64,000 nucleotides of DNA from Burkholderiaceae bacterium (lineage in GTDB: Bacteria > Pseudomonadota > Gammaproteobacteria > Burkholderiales > Burkholderiaceae_C), in the NCBI GenBank assembly GCA_919902775.1, contig CAKKRJ010000012.1:81728-145727 (forward strand). The letters run 5' to 3'. Positions 41,264 through 51,328 of the stretch are shown one piece after another. Both the position numbers and the translations under genes were made by a program. The notes beneath the pieces are model-generated. The model had not been told where the DNA came from, did not search any database, and saw nothing but the letters and a program-made list of their open reading frames with translations. Positions within the stretch are counted from its first letter, which is position 1, and the number at the start of each line of letters is the position of its first letter.

Positions 41264-42610
41264 ATGAATGAAGTTCAAAAAATAAAACCCAAGCGCTGCG
41301 CTGTCTATTGCCGCGTCTCATCCGATGAAGGTCTGGACCAAGCGTTCAACTCCATTGATGCTCAAAAAGAATCTGGTCACGCTTTTATCAAGAGCCAAAG
41401 CCATGAGGGCTGGATCTCGGTCAAAGATGACTATGACGATCCAGCTTACTCAGGCGGCAACATGGAACGCCCTGCCCTGCAGCGTCTACTCAAAGATATC
41501 AAAGCAGGTCGCATCGACATGATCGTGGTCTACAAGATCGATCGCTTGTCACGCTCGTTGGCTGACTTTGCGAAGATGGTCGAAGTGTTTGATGAGCACA
41601 AGGTGAGCTTCAGTGCGGTCACCCAGCAAATCAACTCGGCCACATCGATGGGGCGCTTGATGCTCAACGTACTGTTGTCATTTGCACAGTTCGAGCGCGA
41701 GGTCACCAGCGAGCGCATCCGCGATAAGTTTGCAGCTAGCAAGGCCAAAGGCATCTTCATGGGTGGCGCGGTACCGCTGGGCTACCGTGTTGAAAACCGC
41801 AAGCTGTGGGTGATTCCAGAAGAGGCTGAAGTCATACGCTTCATCTATGAAGAGTACGCCCGCGTGCGCCGCACCGTTGATGTGTTGCAAGCCCTTGAAC
41901 AAAAAGGCATCAAGACACGCAAGGGCAAAGCGTATTCACGACAGTCCATTTTTGCGATTTTGCGCAATCCCTTGTATCAGGGCTTGATGGCTCACAAGGG
42001 CAAGACCTATCCGGGTCTGCACGATGCCATCGTTACCCAAGAGATGGTGGATGCGGTGCGACCAATATTAGATTTGGAACCGTCCGATCTGCGCTCGTTG
42101 GCACAATCACGCCACCACCCACCAGCGCTGTTGCGTGGGTTGTTGTTTGCACCGAACGGTCACCGCATGACACCGGGCTTCACTGTTAAGAAAGCCAATG
42201 GGGGTCACCGTTACCAGTATTACCAAGACCTGCACACCGTGCGGTTTGGAAAAACCGCAGATGGGTTCGGTTTGATTACGGCATCACAGATTGAAGGAAT
42301 CGTGATCAAGCATGTCGTTGCCGCATTGCAATCGCCTGAATCCATCCAAGCGGTCTGGGATGAGATTCGCAAACAGCACCCAGACATTGATGAAGGGCAC
42401 GTGCTCTTGGCGATGCGCAACATGGGCGAAATGTGGCCTGAGATGTTCCCGCAAGAGCAAATTCGAATTGTTCGTTTGCTCATCGAACGTGTCCAAATCA
42501 CAGACACAGCGATTGAGATTGATTGGCTGCACTCAGGCTGGTTGCAACTGGCGTGTGAGCTTGCGCCCAACAGCATCGGCGCTGAGTTGGCAGAAATGGA
42601 GCAAGCATGA
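41264..42610 (+). CDS. Large serine recombinase (integrase)
   Basis: CAVYCRVSS catalytic Ser, VYKIDRLSRS, FAQFEREVTSERIRDK, recombinase domain NPLYQG. Confidence 0.95.
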   Translation: MNEVQKIKPKRCAVYCRVSSDEGLDQAFNSIDAQKESGHAFIKSQSHEGWISVKDDYDDPAYSGGNMERPALQRLLKDIKAGRIDMIVVYKIDRLSRSLADFAKMVEVFDEHKVSFSAVTQQINSATSMGRLMLNVLLSFAQFEREVTSERIRDKFAASKAKGIFMGGAVPLGYRVENRKLWVIPEEAEVIRFIYEEYARVRRTVDVLQALEQKGIKTRKGKAYSRQSIFAILRNPLYQGLMAHKGKTYPGLHDAIVTQEMVDAVRPILDLEPSDLRSLAQSRHHPPALLRGLLFAPNGHRMTPGFTVKKANGGHRYQYYQDLHTVRFGKTADGFGLITASQIEGIVIKHVVAALQSPESIQAVWDEIRKQHPDIDEGHVLLAMRNMGEMWPEMFPQEQIRIVRLLIERVQITDTAIEIDWLHSGWLQLACELAPNSIGAELAEMEQA

Positions 42611-43134
42611 ACCGAGTCAAAACAATTCTGAGCCAGATGGGCAACGCTAAGACGATCCGTAGCGGGAAGAAGGAAGGGCTTCGACTCACCACAGTCATTC
42701 CAATGCGCATTGAGCGCCACCATGCAACCAAGGTCATCATCAGCCCCGAAGATGAAGACCCCAGAGCCAACGCCAAACCATGGCAGGCGACTATGGATGC
42801 CAAGCTCATCAAAGCGTTGGGTAGAGCTGTTTATTGGCAGCATCTCATCGATACGGGGCGTGTGGCCAATATGACTGAGCTTGCGCGTGCCGAAGGGATG
42901 GACAAGGTGCGTGTGCACAAGATCTTGAAACTGGCGCGTTTGTCGCCCTCTATCGCCGAGCGAGTTGCCTGCGCTAAGGGGCCTGTAGGCCTCTCCTTTG
43001 AGTTCTTTATGCGAAAGCAACTGCCAGACAGCTGGGAGGAACAAGAGGCCTTAATCGCGGGTTTATCAACGAAGTTCAAATCGCCTGAGCTCACCACCTC
43101 TGAGCCCAAACACGATGCTCGCAAAGCCGCATAG
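42607..43134 (+). CDS. HTH protein accompanying the serine recombinase
   Basis: ALGRAVYWQHLIDTG..TELARAEGMDKVRVHKILKLARLSP; ATGA overlap with recombinase. Confidence 0.75.
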   Translation: MNRVKTILSQMGNAKTIRSGKKEGLRLTTVIPMRIERHHATKVIISPEDEDPRANAKPWQATMDAKLIKALGRAVYWQHLIDTGRVANMTELARAEGMDKVRVHKILKLARLSPSIAERVACAKGPVGLSFEFFMRKQLPDSWEEQEALIAGLSTKFKSPELTTSEPKHDARKAA

Positions 43135-43285
43135 ATAGGGCATCTCAAAGGGGGACGACCAACGCAAAACAGAGAACAGAGACGAGAAAGGGCTGCATGG
43201 CAGCCCTTTTTGCTTGGATGTGTGAGGGGTGTGAAAACGCATCCCCTGCTCGAACCCCGCACACACTGGGGCTTCGCACCAAAAG

Positions 43286-43313
43286 AAAAAGCCTCGAGGA
43301 TATCGAGGCTTTT
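43286..43313. terminator. Intrinsic terminator directly downstream of tRNA-Thr
   Basis: aaaaagcctcga-ggata-tcgaggctttt. Confidence 0.75.
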
Positions 43314-43317
43314 CAAA

Positions 43318-43393
43318 TGGTGCCGCTTGTCGGATTCGAACTGACGACCTACCGCTTACAAGGCGGGTGCTCTACCAACTGAGCTAAAGCGGC
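43318..43393 (-). tRNA. tRNA-Thr (TGT)
   Basis: GCCGCTTTAGCTCAGTTGGTAGAGCACCCGCCTTGTAAGCGGTAGGTCGTCAGTTCGAATCCGACAAGCGGCACCA; 76 nt, anticodon TGT, CCA end. Confidence 0.97.
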
Positions 43394-43449
43394 ACGGGCT
43401 AGATTCTAACTTGCTCCGACCCCATATCCAGGCAGGGGCGCTATTTTTT

Positions 43450-43905
43450 TCATTTGATCCGCTTCAACGCGGGTCGGGCGGGTGTTGTCGGCGATGGTGG
43501 CACGGGCTCGTCGTCCTCACCGATGGCATCGCCGTGCAACTTCACAGCAGACAAACTGGACGAGGCCGCGGCATCGTCGTCGCTCACGGGGAAAGCCATG
43601 CCTTGCCCGTTCTCACGAGCATAAATAGCCATGACCCGATGGATCGGCACCATGATGTCGCGCGGCTTGCCGCCAAAGCGGGCTTTGAATTCGATGAAAT
43701 CATTGCCCAACTTCAGCGAACTGGTGGCGTCCATGCTGACGTTCAGCACGATCTCGCCACCTTGCACATATTCGCGCGGCACCTGTACCGAGCTGTCCAC
43801 CTTGACGGCCACATAGGGCGTGAAACCGTTTTCGGAACACCATTCGTACAGAGCCCGAATCAAATACGGACGCGTGGAAGGCAGTTCGGTGTCGCTGATC
43901 ATCAT
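43450..43905 (-). CDS. sspB: ClpXP adaptor SspB
   Basis: RPYLIRALYEW, IVLNVS, ARFGG, IYARENGQG, C-terminal LKRIK. Confidence 0.95.
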   Translation of the reverse strand: MMISDTELPSTRPYLIRALYEWCSENGFTPYVAVKVDSSVQVPREYVQGGEIVLNVSMDATSSLKLGNDFIEFKARFGGKPRDIMVPIHRVMAIYARENGQGMAFPVSDDDAAASSSLSAVKLHGDAIGEDDEPVPPSPTTPARPALKRIK

Positions 43906-43920
43906 TGGTTCCACCCGAAG

Positions 43921-44532
43921 TTACTTGCGCATGACCTTTTCTGATGGCGTCAATGCCTCGATGTAGGCCGGACGCGAGAAGATGCGCTCAGCGTATTTGA
44001 GCAAAGGCGCAGCATTCTTGCTGAGCTCGATGCCGTAGTAGTCCAGGCGCCAGAGCAAGGGGGCAATCGCGACGTCGAGCATCGAGAAGTTGTCACCCAG
44101 CATGAACTTGTTCTTCAGGAACACCGGGGCCAATTGGGTCAAGCGGTCGCGAATGTGTGCACGTGCTTTTTCGAGGGCTTTGTCGTTGCCTTTGAGGGCA
44201 CGATTTTCCAGCGTCAACACGTGGACAAACAATTCTTTCTCGAAGTTGAGCAAGAACAGGCGCACACGGGCGCGATCCACCGGGTCGCCGGGCATCAGTT
44301 GGGGATGTGGGAAGCGCTCGTCGATGTACTCGTTGATGATGTTCGACTCATACAAGATCAGATCACGTTCAACCAAAATCGGGACCTGGCCATACGGATT
44401 CATCACATTGATGTCTTCGGGCTTGTTGTAGAGGTCCACATCACGGATTTCAAAGTCCATGCCTTTTTCAAACAGCACAAAGCGGCAACGGTGGGAAAAA
44501 GGGCAAGTGGTTCCGGAATAAAGCACCATCAT
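43921..44532 (-). CDS. sspA: Stringent starvation protein A
   Basis: GST fold; YIDERFPHPQLMP. Confidence 0.95.
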   Translation of the reverse strand: MMVLYSGTTCPFSHRCRFVLFEKGMDFEIRDVDLYNKPEDINVMNPYGQVPILVERDLILYESNIINEYIDERFPHPQLMPGDPVDRARVRLFLLNFEKELFVHVLTLENRALKGNDKALEKARAHIRDRLTQLAPVFLKNKFMLGDNFSMLDVAIAPLLWRLDYYGIELSKNAAPLLKYAERIFSRPAYIEALTPSEKVMRK

Positions 44533-44546
44533 GGCGGAGGCTCCTC

Positions 44547-44588
44547 AAAAAATCAAAAAGAGTGGAAGGCCACAAAGGCCTGCCACTC
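44547..44588 (-). terminator. Terminator after petC
   Basis: gagtgg-aaggcc..ggcct-gccactc stem then T-run on the minus strand. Confidence 0.6.
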
Positions 44589-44624
44589 CACAAGACCCGG
44601 CCATGCGGCCAGGTGGAAGATCAA

Positions 44625-45389
44625 TTACTTGATGTCTTTCCAATACGCAGCGTTCAAGCGCCAGGCAATGAAGGTAAAGAACGACAAGAAAATCAGCACC
44701 CAAACGCCAATGCGAACCCGGGTGTTTTGGGCAGGCTCTGCCATCCACTGCATGTAACCCACCAAGTCACCAATGGCCTGATCATATTGCAGGGGTGTCA
44801 TGGTCCCGGGCTTGGTTTGTTTCCAGCCTTTGAAGATTTGGACCGCGTGGCCGTGCTCTTCTTTTTCTTCAAAAATGGGCTCACGATCACCCTGCAATTC
44901 CCACAACGGATTGGGCATGCCCACGTTCGGGAAAGCCAAGTTGTTCCATCCGGTCAACTTGGTGGCGTCGCGGTGGTAGCTGCGCAGGTAGGTGTAGAGG
45001 TAATCGGCACCTGTGCCGCCATGACCCGAGCGCGAACGCGTCATCAAGGTCAGGTCAGGCGGGTTCTTGCCGAACCACTCTTTGGCTTGCAACGGGTCAA
45101 TCGCGGCTTTCATGGTATCGCCCACTTTGGCAGTGGCAAACAACAAGTTGTCCTTGATCTGTTGCTCGGTCAACCCGATGTCTTTCAGGCGGTTGTAGCG
45201 CATGAAAGCAGCCGAGTGGCAATTCAAGCAGTAGTTGACAAACAGCTTGGCGCCATTTTGCAAAGCGGCCAGATCGTTGGTTTTATTGGGGGCCTTGTCC
45301 CAGGAAATGCCACTGCCAGAAGCGTGGGCACCCGAGATCAAACCCAGGGCCATCACAAATCCCAATGCGAGTTTCTTGATGTTTTTCAT
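44625..45389 (-). CDS. petC: Cytochrome c1
   Basis: CLNCH heme motif, PPDL, C-terminal TM. Confidence 0.96.
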   Translation of the reverse strand: MKNIKKLALGFVMALGLISGAHASGSGISWDKAPNKTNDLAALQNGAKLFVNYCLNCHSAAFMRYNRLKDIGLTEQQIKDNLLFATAKVGDTMKAAIDPLQAKEWFGKNPPDLTLMTRSRSGHGGTGADYLYTYLRSYHRDATKLTGWNNLAFPNVGMPNPLWELQGDREPIFEEKEEHGHAVQIFKGWKQTKPGTMTPLQYDQAIGDLVGYMQWMAEPAQNTRVRIGVWVLIFLSFFTFIAWRLNAAYWKDIK

Positions 45390-45409
45390 GTTCTTGAATC
45401 TCCGTGATC

Positions 45410-46819
45410 TCAGTGAGGCGTGAAGGTCACGCGGTCAGGAACCTGCTTGGGCGTACCCAGCTTGCTCCACCAAGGCATCAACAAGAAGAAGCCGAAATAG
45501 AACAGGGAACCGACTTGGGAAACACGCTCACCGATCGGCGATGGTGGCTGCACACCCAGGTAGCCCAAGATCAAGAAATTGATCACGAACACGGCGTACA
45601 GGTACTTGTGCCAGTCAGGACGGTAGCGAATCGACTTCACAGGGCTGTTGTCCAGCCATGGCAAGAAGAACAGGATGATCACGGCACCACCCATGACGAC
45701 CACACCCCAGAACTTGGCGTCAATGGCCAGCATCAGGGCGGAGATCACCACAGCAGCACCCACCACAGCACCCTTGAGCACTTGGGGCAGCTTGCCTTTG
45801 GCCACAGCCAGCACGGCACCGATCACCACGCATGCGATCAAGGCATACATCATCTCGCTGGTGATGGCACGCAGCATCGAGTAGAACGGCGTGAAGTACC
45901 ACACGGGTGCAATGTGCAAAGGTGTGGTCAACGGATCGGCCGGAATGAAGTTGTTGTATTCGAGGAAATAACCACCAAATTCAGGCGCAAAGAACACGAT
46001 CGCCGTGAACGCCATCAGGAAGACGCTCACACCCAGGATGTCGTGCACCGAGTAGTAAGGGTGGAAAGGAATGCCGTCCAGCGGATGGCCTTGGGCGTCT
46101 TTGGGTGCGTTCGGACCCTTGATTTCAACGCCATCCGGGTTGTTGGAGCCGACTTCGTGTAGCGCAATGATGTGCGCGACCACCAGACCCAGCAAGACCA
46201 AAGGCACCGCAATCACGTGGAAGCTGAAGAAGCGGTTCAGGGTGGCATCACCCACCACGAAGTCACCACGGATCAGCAAAGCCAGATCAGGACCGATGAA
46301 AGGAATGGCCGAGAACAGGTTCACGATCACTTGAGCGCCCCAGTACGACATCTGGCCCCAGGGCAGCAAGTAGCCCATGAAAGCTTCGGCCATCAGGCAC
46401 AGGAAGATGGCGCAACCAAAAATCCAGACCAGCTCGCGCGGCTTGCGGTAGCTGCCATAGATCAGGCCGCGGAACATGTGCAGGTACACCACGATGAAAA
46501 ACGCCGAAGCGCCTGTGGAGTGCATGTAACGGATCAACCAACCCCAAGGTACATCGCGCATGATGTATTCCACCGAGGCAAACGCCACGGCTGCATCCGG
46601 CTTGTAGTGCATCACGAGGAAAATACCGGTCACGATCTGGATGACCAGAACCAGGAGCGACAAGGAGCCGAAGATGTACCAGAAGTTGAAGTTCTTCGGT
46701 GCGTAGTACTCGCTCATGTGCTCTTTGTAGAGCTTGGACAGGGGGAAGCGGTTGTCCACCCAGTTGAGGAGTTTTTCGCCAGCAGGGGCGTTGGGAGAGA
46801 TTTCTTTGAATTCAGCCAT
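45410..46819 (-). CDS. petB: Cytochrome b
   Basis: GYLLPWGQMSYWG, PVWY. Confidence 0.97.
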   Translation of the reverse strand: MAEFKEISPNAPAGEKLLNWVDNRFPLSKLYKEHMSEYYAPKNFNFWYIFGSLSLLVLVIQIVTGIFLVMHYKPDAAVAFASVEYIMRDVPWGWLIRYMHSTGASAFFIVVYLHMFRGLIYGSYRKPRELVWIFGCAIFLCLMAEAFMGYLLPWGQMSYWGAQVIVNLFSAIPFIGPDLALLIRGDFVVGDATLNRFFSFHVIAVPLVLLGLVVAHIIALHEVGSNNPDGVEIKGPNAPKDAQGHPLDGIPFHPYYSVHDILGVSVFLMAFTAIVFFAPEFGGYFLEYNNFIPADPLTTPLHIAPVWYFTPFYSMLRAITSEMMYALIACVVIGAVLAVAKGKLPQVLKGAVVGAAVVISALMLAIDAKFWGVVVMGGAVIILFFLPWLDNSPVKSIRYRPDWHKYLYAVFVINFLILGYLGVQPPSPIGERVSQVGSLFYFGFFLLMPWWSKLGTPKQVPDRVTFTPH

Positions 46820-46830
46820 ATTGTTCTCCT

Positions 46831-47427
46831 TCAAGCCTTCTTGTCTTCACCAATGATCAACTTGGTGTCCGACAGGTACATGTGCGGAGGCACTTCGAGG
46901 TTGTCTGGTGCGGGCTTGTTCTTGAACACGCGGCCAGCCAGATCAAAAGTAGAGCCATGGCAAGCGCACAAGAATCCACCTGCCCAGTCATCCGGCAGCG
47001 AAGGCTGGGGACCTGCGGCGAACTTGTCGCCTGGCGAGCAGCCCAGGTGCGTGCAAATGCCCACTGCCACCATGATTTCAGGCTTGATGGATCGGTGGCC
47101 ATTTTTGGCGTATTCAGGGGTCGGGTAAGCCGTGCGGTTAGAAGCAGGATCGGCCAATTGACCCTCAATTTTCTTGAGGGATTCGAGCTGCTCGGGCGAG
47201 CGCTTCATGATCCATACTGGCTTGCCGCGCCATTCAACGGTCAGCTTCTCGCCCGGAGCCAAAGCGGAAATATCCACTTCGACGGCCGCACCAGCCGCTT
47301 TGGCTCGTTCAGAAGGTTGGAAGCTGCTGACGAAGGGGGTGGCCACAAAGCCAGCGCCTACGGCACCTGCGCAACCGGAGGCAATCAGCCATGTCCGTTT
47401 GCTGCTGTCGACTGGGGTGTCACTCAT
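46831..47427 (-). CDS. petA: Rieske iron-sulfur protein
   Basis: CTHLGC and CACHGS. Confidence 0.97.
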   Translation of the reverse strand: MSDTPVDSSKRTWLIASGCAGAVGAGFVATPFVSSFQPSERAKAAGAAVEVDISALAPGEKLTVEWRGKPVWIMKRSPEQLESLKKIEGQLADPASNRTAYPTPEYAKNGHRSIKPEIMVAVGICTHLGCSPGDKFAAGPQPSLPDDWAGGFLCACHGSTFDLAGRVFKNKPAPDNLEVPPHMYLSDTKLIIGEDKKA

Positions 47428-47566
47428 GGGAATCCTCTAGCGGGTCGTTATCAGGGTCAACCGGGGATTGTAGCGGAGTGAAACAGACAACCGACTTACA
47501 ACACTGGGCACTCGGTCCATCATGCTTCACAATAGAGGCCTCTTCACTATTTCCGAGGATTTTTAA

Positions 47567-47998
47567 ATGTCATTCACACAGGAATTCAAAACTTTCGTGG
47601 TCAAGGGCAATGTCATGGACCTGGCTGTTGGTGTGATCATTGGCGGCGCGTTCGGCAAAATTGTCGATTCTGCTGTCGGCGACCTGATCATGCCCTTGGT
47701 CAGCAAAATCTTTGGCGGTTTGGATTTCTCGAATTACTACGTGGCTTTGGCAGGCCAAACCGCTGGCTTGTCGCTGCTTGAAGCCAAAAAGCTGGGGGCT
47801 GTGTTCGCTTACGGTAACTTCATCACGGTCGCACTGAACTTCATCATCCTGGCCTTCATCATCTTCATGATGATCCGCCAAGTGAACCGTTTGACCGCTG
47901 CCAAGGCCGCCCCAGAAGCCCCTGCTGCTGCACCCATCACGCCGGAAGACGTGTTGTTGTTGCGCGAGATCCGCGACAGCCTGCGCAACAAGGGCTAA
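47567..47998 (+). CDS. mscL: Large-conductance mechanosensitive channel
   Basis: [28 protein letters not shown]. Confidence 0.96.
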   Translation: MSFTQEFKTFVVKGNVMDLAVGVIIGGAFGKIVDSAVGDLIMPLVSKIFGGLDFSNYYVALAGQTAGLSLLEAKKLGAVFAYGNFITVALNFIILAFIIFMMIRQVNRLTAAKAAPEAPAAAPITPEDVLLLREIRDSLRNKG

Positions 47999-48010
47999 AG
48001 CCTCACCCGG

Positions 48011-49093
48011 TCAGGGCGCACCCCTGACCATCTGGCGTGCCATGCGCAGGGCCTGGATCATGCTGCGGGCATCGGCCACGCCTTGGCCCGCCAGGTCCAT
48101 GGCGGTGCCATGGTCCGGGCTGGTTCTGACCAGCGGCAGCCCCAGGGTCACGTTCACCCCTTGCTCCACACCCAGGTACTTGACCGGAATCAAGCCCTGG
48201 TCGTGGTACATCGCAATGACCACATCGAACTCGCGGCGGCCATCGGCCTGCCGACGCGCCCGCATGAACACCGTGTCGGGTGCGTAAGGACCATGCACGT
48301 CCAGCCCTTGCTGCCTTGCCACTGACAAACAAGGTTGCAAGATGTCGATTTCTTCACGCCCAAACAAGCCCCCCTCACCCGCATGCGGGTTGACGCCTGC
48401 CACGGCCATGCGAGGCCGGCGGCCCAGCACTTGGGTCAATGACGCATCGGTGATGCGCAGCGTGTCCAGCACCTGGTCATGGGTGATTGCCGCCAAGGCA
48501 TCGCGTAGCGAAACATGGATGCTCACCAGCACCGTGCGCAATTCGTCGTTGGCCAGCATCATGCGCACGGGCATCTGCGCCATGGACACACCCGCGTGCC
48601 TGGCCGCCTCGGCTTGCAACAACTCGGTATGGCCCGGGTACTGGTTGTAAGGCGCACCCGCGGCATGCAAGGCTTCCTTGTGCAAGGGCGCCGTGACCAG
48701 CGCGGCCACTTGACCCTGCAAAGCTACACGCGCGGCCCACAGCACCGCCTCGCCCGCCAGTTGACCGGCGCGCGCATCGATTTGCCCCCATGGCAGCACG
48801 GGCGCCACAGGCACCACCTGCAACACAGGCAGGCAACGCGGTGGCACATGCATGGCCTCTGAGGGGGTCTGGATTTCACACACCGGAAATGTCGGCACCG
48901 CTTGCACCAAGGCCATGGCGCGGCGCATCAGGCCCACATCGCCCGCCACAAAACAGCCTTGGGTCGATTCAGGCGCAAGGCACCAGGCTTTGGCAATGAT
49001 TTCAGGGCCAATGCCACACGGGTCACCCGGCGTGATGGCCATCGGTTGCTGGATTTTGGGGGTTAGCCCGTCGGATTCAGGAGTCATCACCAT
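48011..49093 (-). CDS. pdxA: 4-hydroxythreonine-4-phosphate dehydrogenase
   Basis: GDPCGIGPE, NPHAGE, MYHDQG, RTSPDHGTA. Confidence 0.93.
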   Translation of the reverse strand: MVMTPESDGLTPKIQQPMAITPGDPCGIGPEIIAKAWCLAPESTQGCFVAGDVGLMRRAMALVQAVPTFPVCEIQTPSEAMHVPPRCLPVLQVVPVAPVLPWGQIDARAGQLAGEAVLWAARVALQGQVAALVTAPLHKEALHAAGAPYNQYPGHTELLQAEAARHAGVSMAQMPVRMMLANDELRTVLVSIHVSLRDALAAITHDQVLDTLRITDASLTQVLGRRPRMAVAGVNPHAGEGGLFGREEIDILQPCLSVARQQGLDVHGPYAPDTVFMRARRQADGRREFDVVIAMYHDQGLIPVKYLGVEQGVNVTLGLPLVRTSPDHGTAMDLAGQGVADARSMIQALRMARQMVRGAP

Positions 49094-49098
49094 GCACC

Positions 49099-49851
49099 TC
49101 AAGCCGGGTTGGCAATATCGATGAAACGGTGTTGCAAATTCAGGTCTTGCGCCACCCGTGCGGCCAGCGCCGGCGCGCCATAGCGCTCGGTGGCGTGGTG
49201 GCCGCAAGCCAAAAATGCCACGCCGGTTTCTTGCGCCAAATGCGCCTGCGGCTCGGAAATTTCCCCTGTGATGAAGGCATCCACACCTTGCGCAATAGCC
49301 GCTTCAAAATAACTTTGCGCCCCCCCTGTGCACCAGGCGACGCGGCGTACGGGGCGATCGGTGCCCCCCACGCACGTCACCGATCGGCCGAGAACCGCCG
49401 CGACATGGTCGGCCAGGGCCTGAGGGTGGGACCAGGTTGAGGTGCCAGTCCCCACAAAACCCAGATCCTGCTCGCCAAATCGGCCATCGGCTTGCAAGCC
49501 CAGCACACGGGCCAGTTGGGCGTTGTTGCCCCATTCAGGATGCGCATCCAAGGGCAGGTGGTAAGCAAACAGGTGGATGCCGTGTGTCAACAGCAAACGC
49601 AGTCGCTCGCGCATCCAACCGGTCACACGCCCATCCTGGCCACGCCAAAACAGGCCATGGTGGACCAAAATGGCATCGGCATCGGCTTCAATGGCGGCTT
49701 CGATCAAGGCCCGGCTGGCGGTGACGCCGCTGACAAGCAATTTCACCTCACGGTCGCCTTCGACCTGCAAGCCATTGGGGCCGTAATCGCGAAACTTGTC
49801 GGGTTGAAGCAAGGCATCAAAGGCCTGGCCCAGGGTTTTGGCATTGGTCAT
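49099..49851 (-). CDS. Nif3/YbgI dinuclear metal protein
   Basis: DYGPNGLQVEG, VHHG, YHLPLDAH, GHHATE. Confidence 0.93.
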   Translation of the reverse strand: MTNAKTLGQAFDALLQPDKFRDYGPNGLQVEGDREVKLLVSGVTASRALIEAAIEADADAILVHHGLFWRGQDGRVTGWMRERLRLLLTHGIHLFAYHLPLDAHPEWGNNAQLARVLGLQADGRFGEQDLGFVGTGTSTWSHPQALADHVAAVLGRSVTCVGGTDRPVRRVAWCTGGAQSYFEAAIAQGVDAFITGEISEPQAHLAQETGVAFLACGHHATERYGAPALAARVAQDLNLQHRFIDIANPA

Positions 49852-50093
49852 GGCAAAAGGCTTTCTGTCTTGAATGGGTATTGTGGCGCAGCCGGTAAAA
49901 GACTGAAATTCGCCGATGAGTTTCACATGTCGGGCCAGCGCACCGGGGCATGCGGGCAGGGCTCATAGGCGCTTCGCTTTGCCAAATCGCCCTGCCCGCA
50001 TACCCCGATGCGCCAGCTTGCAGTTGCGACTCGCCTCGCTTTTCGAAAACCACCACCCATGTTTTCGCTGCGAATCAAGGACAATCTGACCCC

Positions 50094-51251
50094 ATGAAAC
50101 GTTATTGGCTCCTCTTTTCCCAATGGGTGACCGTCTTGCTGGCGATCTGGTTTGTGGTGGCCACCCTCCAGCCCGAATGGCTGCGCGGTGCGCGGCGCTC
50201 GGCCGATGGCATGACTTTGCTGCAGGCCCCCTCAGACTCACCCCTGAGCCGCCCGGCAGGCAGCCTGAGCGCACCGGCCCGTCAAGCCTCACCAGCGGTG
50301 GTCAGCATCAACACCAGCAAAGCCAGCCACCAGACCCCTCAGAGCCAAGACCCCTGGTTCAAGTTTTTCTACGGTGAGCAAGAAGAACAAAATCCAGCAG
50401 GCCTGGGCAGTGGCGTCATCGTCAGCCCCGAAGGTCACATCCTGACCAACAACCATGTGATCGAAGACGCCGACGACATCGAAGTCGTGCTGGCCGATGG
50501 CCGACGCGCTGCGGCCAAAGTCATCGGCACCGACCCCGACACCGACCTGGCCTTGCTCAAAATCACGCTCAACAAACTGCCCGTGATTGTTCTGGGGCAA
50601 AACCAAAACCTGCAGGTCGGCGATGTGGTGCTGGCCATTGGCAACCCCTTTGGCGTGGGCCAGACCGTGACGTCGGGCATCGTCAGCGCCTTGGGCCGCA
50701 GCCAACTGGGCATCAACACCTTCGAAAACTTCATCCAGACCGATGCCGCCATCAACCCGGGGAACTCGGGCGGCGCGCTGGTGGATGTGAACGGCCACCT
50801 GATGGGCATCAACACCGCCATTTATTCGCGCTCGGGCGGCAGCATGGGCATTGGCTTTGCCATTCCGATCGCCACGGCGCAGCAAGTCATGCAAGATTTG
50901 CTTCGCAACGGCAAAGTCATTCGCGGCTGGATCGGGGTCGAACCGCAAGACATGTCGCCTGAACTGGCCGAGAGTTTTCAGCTGCCCAAATCGGGCACGG
51001 CCTTGCCGTCGGGCGTGGTGATCACAGGCGTGCTCAAAAATGGCCCTGCAGCCACGGCCGGCATTCGACCTGGCGACGTGATCGTCAAAGTAGCAGGGCA
51101 GCCCGTGGGCAATGTAGCCGAATTGTTGACCCAAGTCGCCAGCTTGAAACCCGGTGTACCAGCTGAAGTCAACGTCTGGCGCCGTCAAGGCGAGGTCAAT
51201 CTGCGCTTAACCCCTGCCGAGCGGCCAGCGGCCAACAAGTCGCGAAAGTAA
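50094..51251 (+). CDS. DegS/DegQ-like serine protease with one PDZ domain
   Basis: TNNHV, DLA, GNSGGAL triad; PDZ. Confidence 0.92.
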   Translation: MKRYWLLFSQWVTVLLAIWFVVATLQPEWLRGARRSADGMTLLQAPSDSPLSRPAGSLSAPARQASPAVVSINTSKASHQTPQSQDPWFKFFYGEQEEQNPAGLGSGVIVSPEGHILTNNHVIEDADDIEVVLADGRRAAAKVIGTDPDTDLALLKITLNKLPVIVLGQNQNLQVGDVVLAIGNPFGVGQTVTSGIVSALGRSQLGINTFENFIQTDAAINPGNSGGALVDVNGHLMGINTAIYSRSGGSMGIGFAIPIATAQQVMQDLLRNGKVIRGWIGVEPQDMSPELAESFQLPKSGTALPSGVVITGVLKNGPAATAGIRPGDVIVKVAGQPVGNVAELLTQVASLKPGVPAEVNVWRRQGEVNLRLTPAERPAANKSRK

Positions 51252-51282
51252 GCCCATCCGGGAGCACCACCCTTGCTTCATG

Positions 51283-51309
51283 AAAAAGAGGCCTCGCGGC
51301 CTCTTTTTC
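51283..51309. terminator. Bidirectional terminator between protease and tatC
   Basis: aaaaagaggcc-tcgc-ggcctcttttt. Confidence 0.85.
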
Positions 51310-51328
51310 ATGCTTGTTGCGGGCTGCT

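Larger units (their letters stand above)
32701..43323. mobile_element. Integrated satellite-like genomic island at tRNA-Thr 3' end
   Basis: Abrupt drop in GC; TGGTGC at 32701 repeats the tRNA 3' end at 43318; serine recombinase, DUF2924, AlpA-like and DUF3987 genes. Confidence 0.85.
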
